From Minisyncoccota bacterium (lineage in GTDB: Bacteria > Patescibacteriota > Minisyncoccia > Phycocordibacterales > PALSA-1337): 64,000 nt of DNA. This document shows, one piece after another, positions 8,628 to 18,907 of the stretch; position 1 is the first letter of the stretch, and each line of letters starts with the position of its first letter. Below the pieces are notes generated by a model, which did no database searches, was not told where the DNA came from, and saw nothing but the letters and a program-made list of their open reading frames with translations. Location: NCBI GenBank assembly GCA_041663145.1, contig JBAZRG010000002.1, forward strand, positions 22,384-86,383, read 5' to 3'. Both the position numbers and the translations under genes were made by a program.

Positions 8628-10156
8628 TTAAAAGATTTTTTGAGTGGAATAAGAAGCGAAACTCAAATCAAAATAGGGGAGATATTTTGGTTACCTCGTT
8701 GGTTTTTGGTGCAATCGCCCTTATGGTCGTTGTCGGTCTGATAAATTGGGGTGTATATATAATGAAATCTATCAGGGCGACGGTTTCTCGCGAACAAGCA
8801 TTCCAAATAGCCGAAGCTGGTGCTGACTATTATCAATGGCACTTGGCGCAGTATCCGACTGATTATCAGGATGGCACATCTGGCTCTGGTCCATACAGTC
8901 ATGATTTTTTTGATAAAGATGGAAATTTACTAGGTTCATTTCATCTGACTATTACTCCACCTCAGATCGGATCTACTGTGGTCAAGATTGTTTCTGAAGG
9001 CCGAATAGCCTCATCGAGTATTGCTCGTAAGATCGAAAAGACGATGGCGATTCCATCTCTTGCTCGATATGCGGTCGTAGCAAACGACAATATGCGATTT
9101 GGTGAAGGTACAGAGGTATTTGGTCCGATCCAATCAAACGGCGGTATTCGTTTCGACGGTGTCGCACACAATCTCGTATCGAGTGCCATGAGTACCTATA
9201 GAGATCCGGATACTGGCCAGACGGAGTGGGGAGTGTATACAAATGTTGGAACGGATGACCCAACTCCGCCAACAGCACTTCCAAATCGCTCCGATATCTT
9301 TATAGCCGGTCGCCAAGTCGGAGTGCCAAGAACAGACTTTGTCGGGCTTACGGCCGGTCTCACAAATCTACAAACTTTGGCACGTGCAGGAGGTAAAGAA
9401 TGGACATCTTCTGGTAGTAAGGGATATCACATAATTTTGAGAACCGATGGAAAATACGATATATATAAAGTAAATTCTTTACAAGCTTCACCTAACAGCA
9501 CTTGTTCAGATGGTGGTGATTCACAAGTGCAATGGGGAACATGGAGTATAAAAAATAAAAATCCGAATGATAGCAATCAGCCGAATCAAACTTATATAGG
9601 TAGATATAATTTTCCGACTAACGGCGTGATATTCGTAAATGATCATGTTTGGATCGATGGACAAATCGACAGTGCTCGTTTAACTGTAGTTGCGGGTCTT
9701 ATAGGCAATACTGATCCGACCAAGAATGCCAATATCACAATAAATAGCGATCTTATATATAGTAGTTATGATGGTACAAATTCTGTTGGTTTGGTAGCAC
9801 AAGGCAATATCAACGTCGGATTGGTTTCGGAAGATGATATTCGTATCGATGCTGCATTGGTAGCTGAGAAAGGCCGTGTTGGCAGATTTTTCTATAATTC
9901 CAGTTGTTCTATAAGTGGTACTGCATATTGGCATCGTGATTCTCTGACTTTATATGGAATGATAGCAACATATGTCCGTTATGGTTTCGCCTATACAGGA
10001 AACAGTTTCAATTGCGGAGGTTCTATAGGTAGTACAGGTAGTGGATATTGCATCCGAGATATTACTTACGATGCAAACCTATTGTATGCACCACCTCCTT
10101 CATTTCCACAGGCCACAACGCAATACCAAGTGATATCGTGGCGTGAAATCAAATAG
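8624..10156 (+). CDS. Pilus-associated protein (PilX-like; hydrophobic N-terminal anchor without the canonical Glu+5)
   Basis: 510 aa. The N-terminus has a TM helix (ILVTSLVFGAIALMVVVGLINW). It is translationally coupled to the pilin genes. Confidence 0.5.
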   Translation: MIKRFFEWNKKRNSNQNRGDILVTSLVFGAIALMVVVGLINWGVYIMKSIRATVSREQAFQIAEAGADYYQWHLAQYPTDYQDGTSGSGPYSHDFFDKDGNLLGSFHLTITPPQIGSTVVKIVSEGRIASSSIARKIEKTMAIPSLARYAVVANDNMRFGEGTEVFGPIQSNGGIRFDGVAHNLVSSAMSTYRDPDTGQTEWGVYTNVGTDDPTPPTALPNRSDIFIAGRQVGVPRTDFVGLTAGLTNLQTLARAGGKEWTSSGSKGYHIILRTDGKYDIYKVNSLQASPNSTCSDGGDSQVQWGTWSIKNKNPNDSNQPNQTYIGRYNFPTNGVIFVNDHVWIDGQIDSARLTVVAGLIGNTDPTKNANITINSDLIYSSYDGTNSVGLVAQGNINVGLVSEDDIRIDAALVAEKGRVGRFFYNSSCSISGTAYWHRDSLTLYGMIATYVRYGFAYTGNSFNCGGSIGSTGSGYCIRDITYDANLLYAPPPSFPQATTQYQVISWREIK

Positions 10157-10170
10157 TCTGACCTCACATA

Positions 10171-10959
10171 ATGGGGTACAATATAAGCCATATGAAAAAT
10201 AGAAGATTAGTGGTTGGAAATTGGAAGATGAATCCGACGACGGAAGAAGAAGCAAAAGAAATTGCCAGAAAAGTCCGTCGTACAGTTTCTGGTCTCGGAT
10301 CTATCGAGACTGTTTTGTGTCCGCCGTATATTTTTGTCTCGGCGGTTCGTCCCAGTGTCAAAGTCCCTCATTTTCACGTTGGCGCACAATCGGTTTCGTT
10401 TTTGGAGGGGGGTTCTCATACAGGAGAAGTCGGTGCTCAAATGCTCAAAGATTCGGGAGTCGAATATGTTATAGTCGGTCACTCAGAAATGAGGGCAATA
10501 GGTGATACGGATGAGATTGTTTCAAAGAAGATCGCCGCTGTATTGGAGGCGGATCTGAGTCCAATAGTCTGTTTTGGAGAAAAAATCCGTGATGAGAGTG
10601 GTTCCCACTTCAATTTTCTTAAGGAACAGATGAAAAATACCCTAGTTAACATACCAAAATCAAAAAGTTCAAAGATAATTATCGCCTACGAACCGATTTG
10701 GGCTATTGGCGCCGCGGAAGCGATGAAACCGGAAGAAATATATGAGATGTCTATTTTTATTAAAAAAATATTCTCTGATATATTCAGTATAAATCTGGCC
10801 CATAAGATCGATGTGCTTTATGGTGGAGCTGTTACATACAAAAATGCTTTTGATATTGTGAAGACTGGTCAGATAGACGGTCTCTTGGTTGGCAGAGAAA
10901 GTGTAAATGTAACTGGTTTTGTGGAATTATTAAAAGTAGTCGATAGTGTTCCTGTATAA
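10171..10959 (+). CDS. tpiA: Triosephosphate isomerase
   Basis: TIM hallmarks are VVGNWKMN, GAQ..TGE..., VGHSE.R and IAYEPIWAIG. Confidence 0.9.
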   Translation: MGYNISHMKNRRLVVGNWKMNPTTEEEAKEIARKVRRTVSGLGSIETVLCPPYIFVSAVRPSVKVPHFHVGAQSVSFLEGGSHTGEVGAQMLKDSGVEYVIVGHSEMRAIGDTDEIVSKKIAAVLEADLSPIVCFGEKIRDESGSHFNFLKEQMKNTLVNIPKSKSSKIIIAYEPIWAIGAAEAMKPEEIYEMSIFIKKIFSDIFSINLAHKIDVLYGGAVTYKNAFDIVKTGQIDGLLVGRESVNVTGFVELLKVVDSVPV

Positions 10960-10998
10960 GATAGATATAGCGTTAGATTTTTTTAATAATCATTTTCA

Positions 10999-12147
10999 AT
11001 GAAAACACTTAAGACATTAAAGGATATAGAAGTATTGAGAGGAGTCAGGGTTCTTGTTACGACGGATTTCAATGTGCCAATCAAAGGTGGTTTTGTAGCT
11101 GATCCATTTCGTATCGATTCGGCTATGCCGACTATAGAATATCTACGAGAAAAGGGAGCCAAAATAATTTTGGTGAGCCATTTACAATTAGTAGATGGTG
11201 AAAATGGTAGTCTTCAACCGGTTGCGGATTATATAAATAAGTCAGGTACACCAGTAGTATTTTTGAAAGACTGGAAAAAGGCGCATGAGACGATAGAGAA
11301 TATGAAAGATGGTGAATGTATTTTGCTTGAGAATATCCGTTTTTTTGAAGGAGAAAAGAAAAATGATCCAAAATTCAGCAAAGAGCTGGCTTCACTGGCT
11401 GATATATTTGTAAACGACGCATTTTCGGTTTCGCATAGACCACACGCCTCGATCATCGGAGTTCCAGCATTACTGCCGAGTTATGCCGGTTTGCAAGTAG
11501 AAAAAGAAATAAAAAATCTCTCTTTTGCCTTCAATCCACCTCATCCATTTCTATTTATCTTGGGTGGAGCAAAGTTCGCGACGAAACTTCCGCTTCTTCG
11601 GAAATTCTTTGATACGGCCGATTCCGTCTTTATTGGAGGCGCTATGGCAAATGATCTTTATAGACAAAAAGGCTATGAAATAGGCATTTCCTTGGTTTCA
11701 AAACCTGATGGAGATGAAAAAGCACTCGATCTTTCGGAATACGCAAACAATCCAAAATTGATTTTATCCGAAGATATTGTAAATCAAAACAAGGATGTGA
11801 AATCAGTAAGGGAATTGTTGAAGACCGATAAAATATTGGACGCTGGACCAAGTGCAATAGACGCTTTAAGATCGGTAATCGCCAATGCGAAATTTATTCT
11901 CTGGAATGGCCCACTCGGTCTTTATGAAGAAGGATACAGCGATGCGACTTTGGAATTGGCAAAATTGATAGGGGAGGCAACAGAAAAAGGTGCCACCTCG
12001 ATAGTTGGTGGTGGTGATACTTTGGCGGCTATCGAAACTCTGGGGATTGAAAAAAAGTTTTCTTTCATTTCGACCGGCGGCGGAGCAATGCTGGATTTTT
12101 TGGCAGACGAGAGTTTGATAGGTTTAGAATTTTTGTTTGATAATTGA
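10999..12147 (+). CDS. pgk: Phosphoglycerate kinase
   Basis: 382 aa with the N-terminal RVLVTTDFNVP and conserved C-terminal PGK motifs (GGGDTLAAI, STGGGA). Confidence 0.9.
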   Translation: MKTLKTLKDIEVLRGVRVLVTTDFNVPIKGGFVADPFRIDSAMPTIEYLREKGAKIILVSHLQLVDGENGSLQPVADYINKSGTPVVFLKDWKKAHETIENMKDGECILLENIRFFEGEKKNDPKFSKELASLADIFVNDAFSVSHRPHASIIGVPALLPSYAGLQVEKEIKNLSFAFNPPHPFLFILGGAKFATKLPLLRKFFDTADSVFIGGAMANDLYRQKGYEIGISLVSKPDGDEKALDLSEYANNPKLILSEDIVNQNKDVKSVRELLKTDKILDAGPSAIDALRSVIANAKFILWNGPLGLYEEGYSDATLELAKLIGEATEKGATSIVGGGDTLAAIETLGIEKKFSFISTGGGAMLDFLADESLIGLEFLFDN

Positions 12148-13931
12148 TAACTTTCAGGAAGGTGCGTGGTATACTCTTTTGCGTGAAATATAAGATTCGC
12201 CGACCACTACTACTCGATGAACAAAATGCTTTTGCTGGGCATTCCAATCTGCTGTCACATCTATTATTCCATAGAGGAGTAGTATCGAGTGATATGGCGC
12301 GTGAGTTTATTCTTCCTGATTTCGCATCCGGCACTCACGATCCTTTTTTATTAAAAGATGCCCGTAAATCGGCAGAGCGTGTTGTTCAAGCAATAGAAAG
12401 TGATGAACGTATAGCCATATACTCGGACTATGATGCTGACGGTATTCCTGGCGCCGCGATATTTCATGATTTTTTCAAAAGGATTGGCTTTAAAAATTTT
12501 TCCATATACATACCTCATCGCCACGATGAAGGATTTGGGGTTAATAGCGAAGCTGTTCGACAATTGATAGATGAAGGCGTAAAACTGCTCATCACTCTGG
12601 ATTGCGGAATCACTGATGTTTTGCCTGTGAAGTTGGCAAAGGAAAATGGTATAGACGTTATCATCACGGATCACCATGAACCACCCGATGCATTGCCTCC
12701 AGCTTTTGGAATCATCGATCACAAACAAAAAGATTGTGAATATCCCGATAAGAATCTTTGCGGTTCGGGGGTTGCATACAAATTGATCCAAGCTATCCTC
12801 AAGATCAATCGTTTCGGACTCAAAGAGGGGATGGAGAAATGGTTTTTGGATCTAGTAGGTATAGCGACCTTGTCTGACATGGTCCCGCTCGTCGGTGAAA
12901 ATAGAATATTCGCAAAGTATGGTTTGGCTGTCCTCGGGAAAAGCCAGAGAAAAGGACTAGTTCAACTTTTTCGTAAATTGAAAATATCACAAAAAGATGT
13001 TACTGAGGACGATATCGTCTTTATGGTAACACCTAGGATCAATGCCGCATCGAGAATGGGAGTTCCGATGGACGCATTTCACATGCTGGTGGCAGAGGAC
13101 GAGGATGAAGCATATTCTGCTGTTGAACATCTGGATACCATCAACAATGAACGTAAAGGAGTCGTAGCTTCATTAGTCAAAGAAGTAAAAAAGATATTAC
13201 GAGAACGGCACATGGGTTCTATTCCCGGTGCCATTGTGCTCGGTAATCCTTTGTGGCGTCCAGCCCTACTAGGTCTAGTGGCAAATTCATGTGCCGAGGA
13301 ATTCAGACGACCGGTATTTCTCTGGGGGCGTGATGGAGAAAACATGATTAAAGGATCATGTCGTTCCGAAGGTACTTCGAGTGTTGTCGAGATCATGCGG
13401 ACTGCTTCTACTGGTACGTTTTCACAATTTGGTGGACATCATCATTCTGGTGGTTTTGCTGTGGCGAATGATCAGATCCATTTCCTAGAACAAAAGTTAA
13501 ATGAAGCTGTTGAAATGATAAAATCTCAAAGACAAACAGGTGGTGATACAGCGAAAGATGGAATTCAAGAAGATAAGATAGAAGATTTTATGGTTGATGC
13601 TGAATTGAAATTGGATGATATCAACATCGGTTTGTTTAATGACATCGATAAATTGGCTCCGTTTGGCATGGCAAATCCCAAGCCGATTTTCATATTCCGT
13701 AATATATTACCCATTTCTATAAAGAAGTTTGGAAAAACCAAGGATCATGTCGAACTCATTTTCAATAAAAAAGACGGCAGTAAAGTCTCGGCTATTTCAT
13801 TTTTTGGTGCGACAAAAGATTGGGCGGAAAAGATACGGGAGAATGTCAGGATAGATCTGATCGCAACTCTGGAAAGGTCACTGTTTAAAGGTAGACCGGA
13901 ATTGCGTCTCCGTGTTGTCGATATAATATGA
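12144..13931 (+). CDS. recJ: Single-stranded-DNA-specific exonuclease RecJ (DHH/DHHA1 phosphoesterase)
   Basis: The DHH motif ITDHHEP, AIYSDYDADGI and the DHHA1 region are present. The start codon is uncertain and may be a non-ATG start upstream of ...LLSHLLFHRGV. Confidence 0.8.
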   Translation: MITFRKVRGILFCVKYKIRRPLLLDEQNAFAGHSNLLSHLLFHRGVVSSDMAREFILPDFASGTHDPFLLKDARKSAERVVQAIESDERIAIYSDYDADGIPGAAIFHDFFKRIGFKNFSIYIPHRHDEGFGVNSEAVRQLIDEGVKLLITLDCGITDVLPVKLAKENGIDVIITDHHEPPDALPPAFGIIDHKQKDCEYPDKNLCGSGVAYKLIQAILKINRFGLKEGMEKWFLDLVGIATLSDMVPLVGENRIFAKYGLAVLGKSQRKGLVQLFRKLKISQKDVTEDDIVFMVTPRINAASRMGVPMDAFHMLVAEDEDEAYSAVEHLDTINNERKGVVASLVKEVKKILRERHMGSIPGAIVLGNPLWRPALLGLVANSCAEEFRRPVFLWGRDGENMIKGSCRSEGTSSVVEIMRTASTGTFSQFGGHHHSGGFAVANDQIHFLEQKLNEAVEMIKSQRQTGGDTAKDGIQEDKIEDFMVDAELKLDDINIGLFNDIDKLAPFGMANPKPIFIFRNILPISIKKFGKTKDHVELIFNKKDGSKVSAISFFGATKDWAEKIRENVRIDLIATLERSLFKGRPELRLRVVDII

Positions 13932-13944
13932 TATTGTATTCTCT

Positions 13945-14673
13945 ATGAATCCAGCTTCAAACATCACTATATTTACCGATGGATCCTCACGTGGCAATCC
14001 TGGTCCTGGGGGATGGGGTGCCATTATCGTAGATAAAAAAGAAGATCAAAATAAATCTCACATTCGAGAGATTGGAGGCTCGGAGAAAAATACGACGAAT
14101 AATAGAATGGAATTAACTGCAGTTTTACGTGCCATTGGAAGTACGGCAAATGAAACAGTCAGTACAGTTTATACAGATTCCTCGTATGTCATAAATGGAA
14201 TAACCAAGTGGATCCATGGCTGGAAAAGAAATGGTTGGCAGACAAAAGCCAAAGAAGATGTCCTGAATAAAGATCTATGGGAAGAATTGGATAGAAATAT
14301 AAATAATAAAAAAATATCTTGGAAATATGTCGGGGGACATGTCGGTATTGCTGGAAATGAACGTTGTGATCTAATAGCGACCGGTTTCGCCGATGGTATC
14401 AAAGTCGATCTGTATGACGGCCCTTTGACTGGATATAAGGATAAAAATATTCTGAATATATCACTCGATCATACTAAAGCCACAGATAAAAAATCCAAGT
14501 CCAATCGTTCCAAAGCCAAAGCTTATTCATATATAAGTAGCATAAACGGTAAGATTGAAATCCATAAAAGTTGGCCGGAATGTGAAAAGAGAGTTAAGGG
14601 TGCAAGAGGAGCTAGATATAAAAAGGCATTGAGTCCACTAGAGGAGGCTGAAATTGTTGATGAATTTAAATAA
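13945..14673 (+). CDS. rnhA: Ribonuclease HI with a C-terminal basic extension
   Basis: Motifs TDGSSRGNPGPGGWGAII, NNRMELTAV and YTDSSYVINGITKWIHGWKRNGW are present. Confidence 0.85.
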   Translation: MNPASNITIFTDGSSRGNPGPGGWGAIIVDKKEDQNKSHIREIGGSEKNTTNNRMELTAVLRAIGSTANETVSTVYTDSSYVINGITKWIHGWKRNGWQTKAKEDVLNKDLWEELDRNINNKKISWKYVGGHVGIAGNERCDLIATGFADGIKVDLYDGPLTGYKDKNILNISLDHTKATDKKSKSNRSKAKAYSYISSINGKIEIHKSWPECEKRVKGARGARYKKALSPLEEAEIVDEFK

Positions 14674-14782
14674 CCAAAGAACCTCCCAGAAATAACTTCC
14701 CTCCCGTCTCCTGCGGGCGCTAATCGCTGGCTACCCATCCTCGGAGCACGGGAGGGAAGTTATTTCTGGGAGGTTCTTTGGT
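14672..14782. repeat. Element B copy 1: a 36-bp perfect inverted repeat enclosing a conserved 39-nt loop (cctgcgggcgct...atcctcgg)
   Basis: The arm 14672-14707 (aaccaaagaacctcccagaaataacttccctcccgt) is the reverse complement of 14747-14782. It overlaps the rnhA stop codon. Confidence 0.75.
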
Positions 14783-14836
14783 TAATTTAGACTTTCTTAA
14801 TCAGGATTTTAAGTTCCGCTTCTATAATGAACTCTC

Positions 14837-16198
14837 ATGAATCGGAGAGTTTATTTATTTTGGAGCATATTGGTTGCCATTGCTTTGCTTCGTATCTGGC
14901 ATTCCTTTGACATGGATATTCCAGATATCGGTTCTTGTGTTAAAGAAAATGTATCTGGTGTTGGTATTGTTCATACTGAACCGGAACGTAAAGAGTCAGG
15001 TCAGATCATGCTAGTTCGAGTGTTGGATATGCGAGTCGCCAGTACTTCGGAATCGTGTGGAGAGGAAGTGATCCTTAGAGTAAAGACAAAATTGTATCCG
15101 CGTTTTGTATTTGGCGATAAGGTTTCATTTCAGGGAAAATTGTCTGCACCGTTCAATTTCAAAAGTGAAAACGGTAGATCGTTCGATTATATAGGTTTTC
15201 TAGCCAAAGATGAGGTGTTCTTTGAAATAAAAAGCGCGTCTGTGCGTAAATCTGATTCAGATCAGTCGATGAATAGTGGGGGAATAGTCAGTAAAATTCA
15301 ATCAGTTTTATTTCAATTGAAAAGAGGCTTTGTAGTAAATCTAGAAAATGCACTCGGTGAACCACATGGCGCTCTAGCAGCAGGTCTGGTAGTTGGTGAG
15401 AAAGCTGCTCTGGGAAAAGATTTGCTCGACGATTTTCGTCTGGTTGGACTGATTCATATTGTAGTCTTGTCTGGATATAACATCACTATCGTCGGAGATG
15501 CTATGAGACGATTGCTTTCATTTTTACCAAGAGTGTGGGGAATTGTTTGTGGTGGTATAGGAATAGTATTGTTCGGAATTTTGGTCGGGGGAGGTGCGAC
15601 TGTGGTCCGATCTTGTTTTATGGCTTCCATCGCTCTTTCTGCAGATCTTATTCGTCGAGATTACAATGTCATACGAGCTCTCATATTTTCAGCTCTACTC
15701 ATGCTCATTGAAAATCCGATGATTTTGCTTCATGATCCTTCTTTTCAATTATCATTTCTAGCTACAGCCGGTCTCATAGCATTGTCTGGACCTATAGAGA
15801 GTAAGTTGACGTTTATAACAGAAAAGTTCGGTATGCGTGGCATAATAGCTTCTACTTTAGCTACACAGGTTTTTGTCTCTCCGTTCATCCTATATATGAT
15901 GGGACAGATATCTGTGATCGGTATTGTTGTAAATATATTAGTATTACCACTCATTCCGCTCACAATGTTTGTTGTGTTTCTAACGGGAGCATTGGGTTTT
16001 ATAGAACCACACATCTCAGAGATTGCTGGATACTTTTCACATTTACTCCTATCGTACGAATTATTCATGGTTGAGAATTTTGCAAAGTTTTCTTTCGCTG
16101 CCATAAAGGTCCCGATCTTTAGTCAGTGGTGGGTAGTGGGTTTCTATGGGGCACTTATAACGGTTTGGTTCGGAGTTAGGAGATTGAAAAGAATGTAA
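14837..16198 (+). CDS. comEC: ComEC/Rec2-family DNA-uptake channel protein (DUF4131 plus competence domain; lacks the C-terminal MBL domain)
   Basis: 453 aa polytopic membrane protein with a ComEC-type competence-domain core (VGLIHIVVLSGYNITIV). Confidence 0.65.
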   Translation: MNRRVYLFWSILVAIALLRIWHSFDMDIPDIGSCVKENVSGVGIVHTEPERKESGQIMLVRVLDMRVASTSESCGEEVILRVKTKLYPRFVFGDKVSFQGKLSAPFNFKSENGRSFDYIGFLAKDEVFFEIKSASVRKSDSDQSMNSGGIVSKIQSVLFQLKRGFVVNLENALGEPHGALAAGLVVGEKAALGKDLLDDFRLVGLIHIVVLSGYNITIVGDAMRRLLSFLPRVWGIVCGGIGIVLFGILVGGGATVVRSCFMASIALSADLIRRDYNVIRALIFSALLMLIENPMILLHDPSFQLSFLATAGLIALSGPIESKLTFITEKFGMRGIIASTLATQVFVSPFILYMMGQISVIGIVVNILVLPLIPLTMFVVFLTGALGFIEPHISEIAGYFSHLLLSYELFMVENFAKFSFAAIKVPIFSQWWVVGFYGALITVWFGVRRLKRM

Positions 16199-16464
16199 CT
16201 CTGTAGATCATCTTGGACGATGTGGGCGAATAAACATCCAATACCCTTGAATTTATGTCAAAAAATGCTATATTTGAGTCACTTTTATGCAAAAATAAGC
16301 CAATGAATCAAATCATCTATATTCTATGTTTGTCGATCGTCGAGCAAGAGATAGTCACGAATCTTTTGAGATGAACCCAGAATATGTGGATAAGATTCTA
16401 GACGATATGCGAAGGTTATTAAAGATGTGGCTCAAATTGTCAGTGTCGCAACAGGTAAATAATT

Positions 16465-17589
16465 ATGGCAAACAGTAATCTCACAAACGCAAAAAGAGTA
16501 AAGAATGATGAGTTTTATACTCAGTACGGCGATATTCAAAAGGAGATTGAAGCGTATTTGGAATACGATGCAAATGTATTTCGTGGTAAGGTGGTCTATT
16601 GCAACTGCGATGATCCGTTCGAGAGCAATTTCTTTCGCTATTTTGTGCTCAATTTCAATAAGCTTGGATTGAAACAACTTATAACTACTAGCTATAAACC
16701 TTCACCTGTGGCCAACTCGCAATTGGGATTGTTTGGCGATGACAAGACTCTTACAAAAGCAAAAGGTCGTCCCAAGGTAACTGCCAATAAATTTATCATC
16801 AATGAAGTGCATGATGTGGACGGTGACGGCGAGTTCAATTTGAAGGATATTGCGGAGCAGTTAAAGGCAAACAAACATAATGAATGGACACCGCTCGAAG
16901 GTGATGGTGATTTTCGGAGCGATGAATGTGTAGAACTACTCAAACAATCAGATATTGTCGTAACAAATCCGCCGTTCAGTTTGTTTCGGGAGTATGTTAA
17001 GCAACTCTTTGAGTATGATAAAAAGTTTGTGATTATTGGTAATATGAATACGATTACTGGCAAAGAAATATTCCCGCTAATTAAAAATAATAAATTGTGG
17101 TTAGGAAATGGTTTTCATGCTGGCAACGCTTATTTCTCTACTCCTTTTGCTAAAGAGTATGGAGAGGGAGTTTATATGCCCGAAACTGGTTTAGTAAAAT
17201 TTAGGAATGTTTGTTGGTTTACCAATCTCGACCATGGGCGTCGTCATCAACCGTTGCCACTCATGACAATAGAAGAAAATTTGAAATACAGTAAGCACAA
17301 AGAAATTAAGGGTAAAAAGACGTATGAAAAGTATGACAATTATGATGCTATAGAAGTACCGTTTACTGATGCCATACCAAGTGATTATGATGGAGTGATG
17401 GGTGTACCTATCAGCTTTTTGGATAAATACTCTCCCGAGCAATTTGAAATTTTAGGCAGTGATTATAATGTTAAAGAGGGATTACTTCCAAAATTAGTTA
17501 ATCAAAAATGGAAGGGTAAGTTAGATAGGGGTTATGTAAATGACAAAAGACTTTTTACTAGAATTTTCATTAAGCATAGAGAAAAATAA
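16465..17589 (+). CDS. N6-adenine-specific DNA methyltransferase
   Basis: Catalytic motif IV NPPF (SDIVVTNPPFSLFREY) and an N-terminal NDEFYTQ region typical of adenine MTases. Confidence 0.7.
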   Translation: MANSNLTNAKRVKNDEFYTQYGDIQKEIEAYLEYDANVFRGKVVYCNCDDPFESNFFRYFVLNFNKLGLKQLITTSYKPSPVANSQLGLFGDDKTLTKAKGRPKVTANKFIINEVHDVDGDGEFNLKDIAEQLKANKHNEWTPLEGDGDFRSDECVELLKQSDIVVTNPPFSLFREYVKQLFEYDKKFVIIGNMNTITGKEIFPLIKNNKLWLGNGFHAGNAYFSTPFAKEYGEGVYMPETGLVKFRNVCWFTNLDHGRRHQPLPLMTIEENLKYSKHKEIKGKKTYEKYDNYDAIEVPFTDAIPSDYDGVMGVPISFLDKYSPEQFEILGSDYNVKEGLLPKLVNQKWKGKLDRGYVNDKRLFTRIFIKHREK

Positions 17590-17591
17590 TC

Positions 17592-18053
17592 ATGGATGTT
17601 TTGATTACAATTATATTAACTTCCATTAGTATTTTTATCGGTATTGTTGCTGTTTATTATGCAAAAAGATCTGATGAGAATTTTAGAAGTCCAAAAATTG
17701 ATCTAGAATTATCTCCCGGTCATGAATCTTTCTATATAAGGAATGTCGGAACAGATATAGCTTTGGGTTTAAAAGAAAATACAAATTATTTTAGAGATAT
17801 CCCTGATAGATTATGGAATTTCACTGGCCCAATTGATTATATGCGTACAAAGAATTATAGTGTGTCGAAATTTATAACCTTTCATGATAGTAAAATGCCA
17901 GCACCATCAAGCTCTGTTCTTGTCAATTTTGAATATCAAAATACAGATGGAATTAAATTCTATTCACATATAGAAGTGAAACGAGGAACTCCTACTCAGC
18001 AATTATATTTTACAGATTCTCGATTATTAAAATGGGGAAAATTGAAGAAATAA
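17592..18053 (+). CDS. Hypothetical membrane-anchored protein (operon partner of the MTase)
   Basis: 153 aa with an N-terminal TM helix. Its start lies 2 nt after the MTase stop. Confidence 0.45.
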   Translation: MDVLITIILTSISIFIGIVAVYYAKRSDENFRSPKIDLELSPGHESFYIRNVGTDIALGLKENTNYFRDIPDRLWNFTGPIDYMRTKNYSVSKFITFHDSKMPAPSSSVLVNFEYQNTDGIKFYSHIEVKRGTPTQQLYFTDSRLLKWGKLKK

Positions 18054-18054
18054 C

Positions 18055-18906
18055 ATGAAAAGACAACAATCACATAAAGATACCTTGCTGACTGTCTTTG
18101 AAAAAACGAGTATTCGCAAGATTTGGCATGACGAGCAATGGTACTTTTCTGTGATTGATATCATATCCGCACTTGATGTGACGGGACGCGAGCCGAGAAA
18201 GTATTGGTCAGATCTGAAGCAAAAGTTGATAACAGAAGGATATGTTGAAGTGTCCGAAAAAATCGGACAGTTGAAACTGCAAGCGGAGGACGGCAAGATA
18301 CGAGAGACAGACGTTGCTAATATGGAGACTGTTTTGCGTATTATTCAATCAGTGCCTTCGTCAAAAGCCGAGCCGCTCAAAAGATGGCTTGCAAAAGTCG
18401 GAACAGAACGAATCGTGGAAATTCAAGATCCGGCACTTGGCGTTAATCGCGCACGAGAACTTTGGAAGAAACATGGTCGAAGCGATAAATGGATTCAACA
18501 GAGAATGATGGGGCAAGAGACTAGGAATAAGCTCACCGATTATTGGAAAGAAGCAGGAGTAAAAGAGGGTGATGAATACGCTATACTTACAAATATCATC
18601 CATCAGGAATGGGCTGATATATCCGTATCAGATCACAAGTTGCTAAAAAATCTTGGCAAAACACATAATTTACGAGATCATATGAACGAGGCGGAATTGA
18701 TTCTGACTGCACTCGCTGAACTCTCCACCAGACAGATTGCCTCGAGTATGCAAGCCAAAGGATTTGTAGAGAACCAGATACCGGCTAAAAAGGGTGGAAA
18801 GATTGCCAAAGACGCTCGAAAATCACTTGAAGAGAAGACGGGAAAGCCGGTTATTACTGGGGCAAATTATTTACCAAATAAACAGTCCATAAGAAAATTA
18901 AAATAA
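18055..18906 (+). CDS. Bro-N domain protein (DinD / phage antirepressor-like)
   Basis: The Bro-N core is IRKIWHDEQWYFSVIDIISAL. The start lies 1 nt after the upstream stop. Confidence 0.55.
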   Translation: MKRQQSHKDTLLTVFEKTSIRKIWHDEQWYFSVIDIISALDVTGREPRKYWSDLKQKLITEGYVEVSEKIGQLKLQAEDGKIRETDVANMETVLRIIQSVPSSKAEPLKRWLAKVGTERIVEIQDPALGVNRARELWKKHGRSDKWIQQRMMGQETRNKLTDYWKEAGVKEGDEYAILTNIIHQEWADISVSDHKLLKNLGKTHNLRDHMNEAELILTALAELSTRQIASSMQAKGFVENQIPAKKGGKIAKDARKSLEEKTGKPVITGANYLPNKQSIRKLK

Positions 18907-18907
18907 G

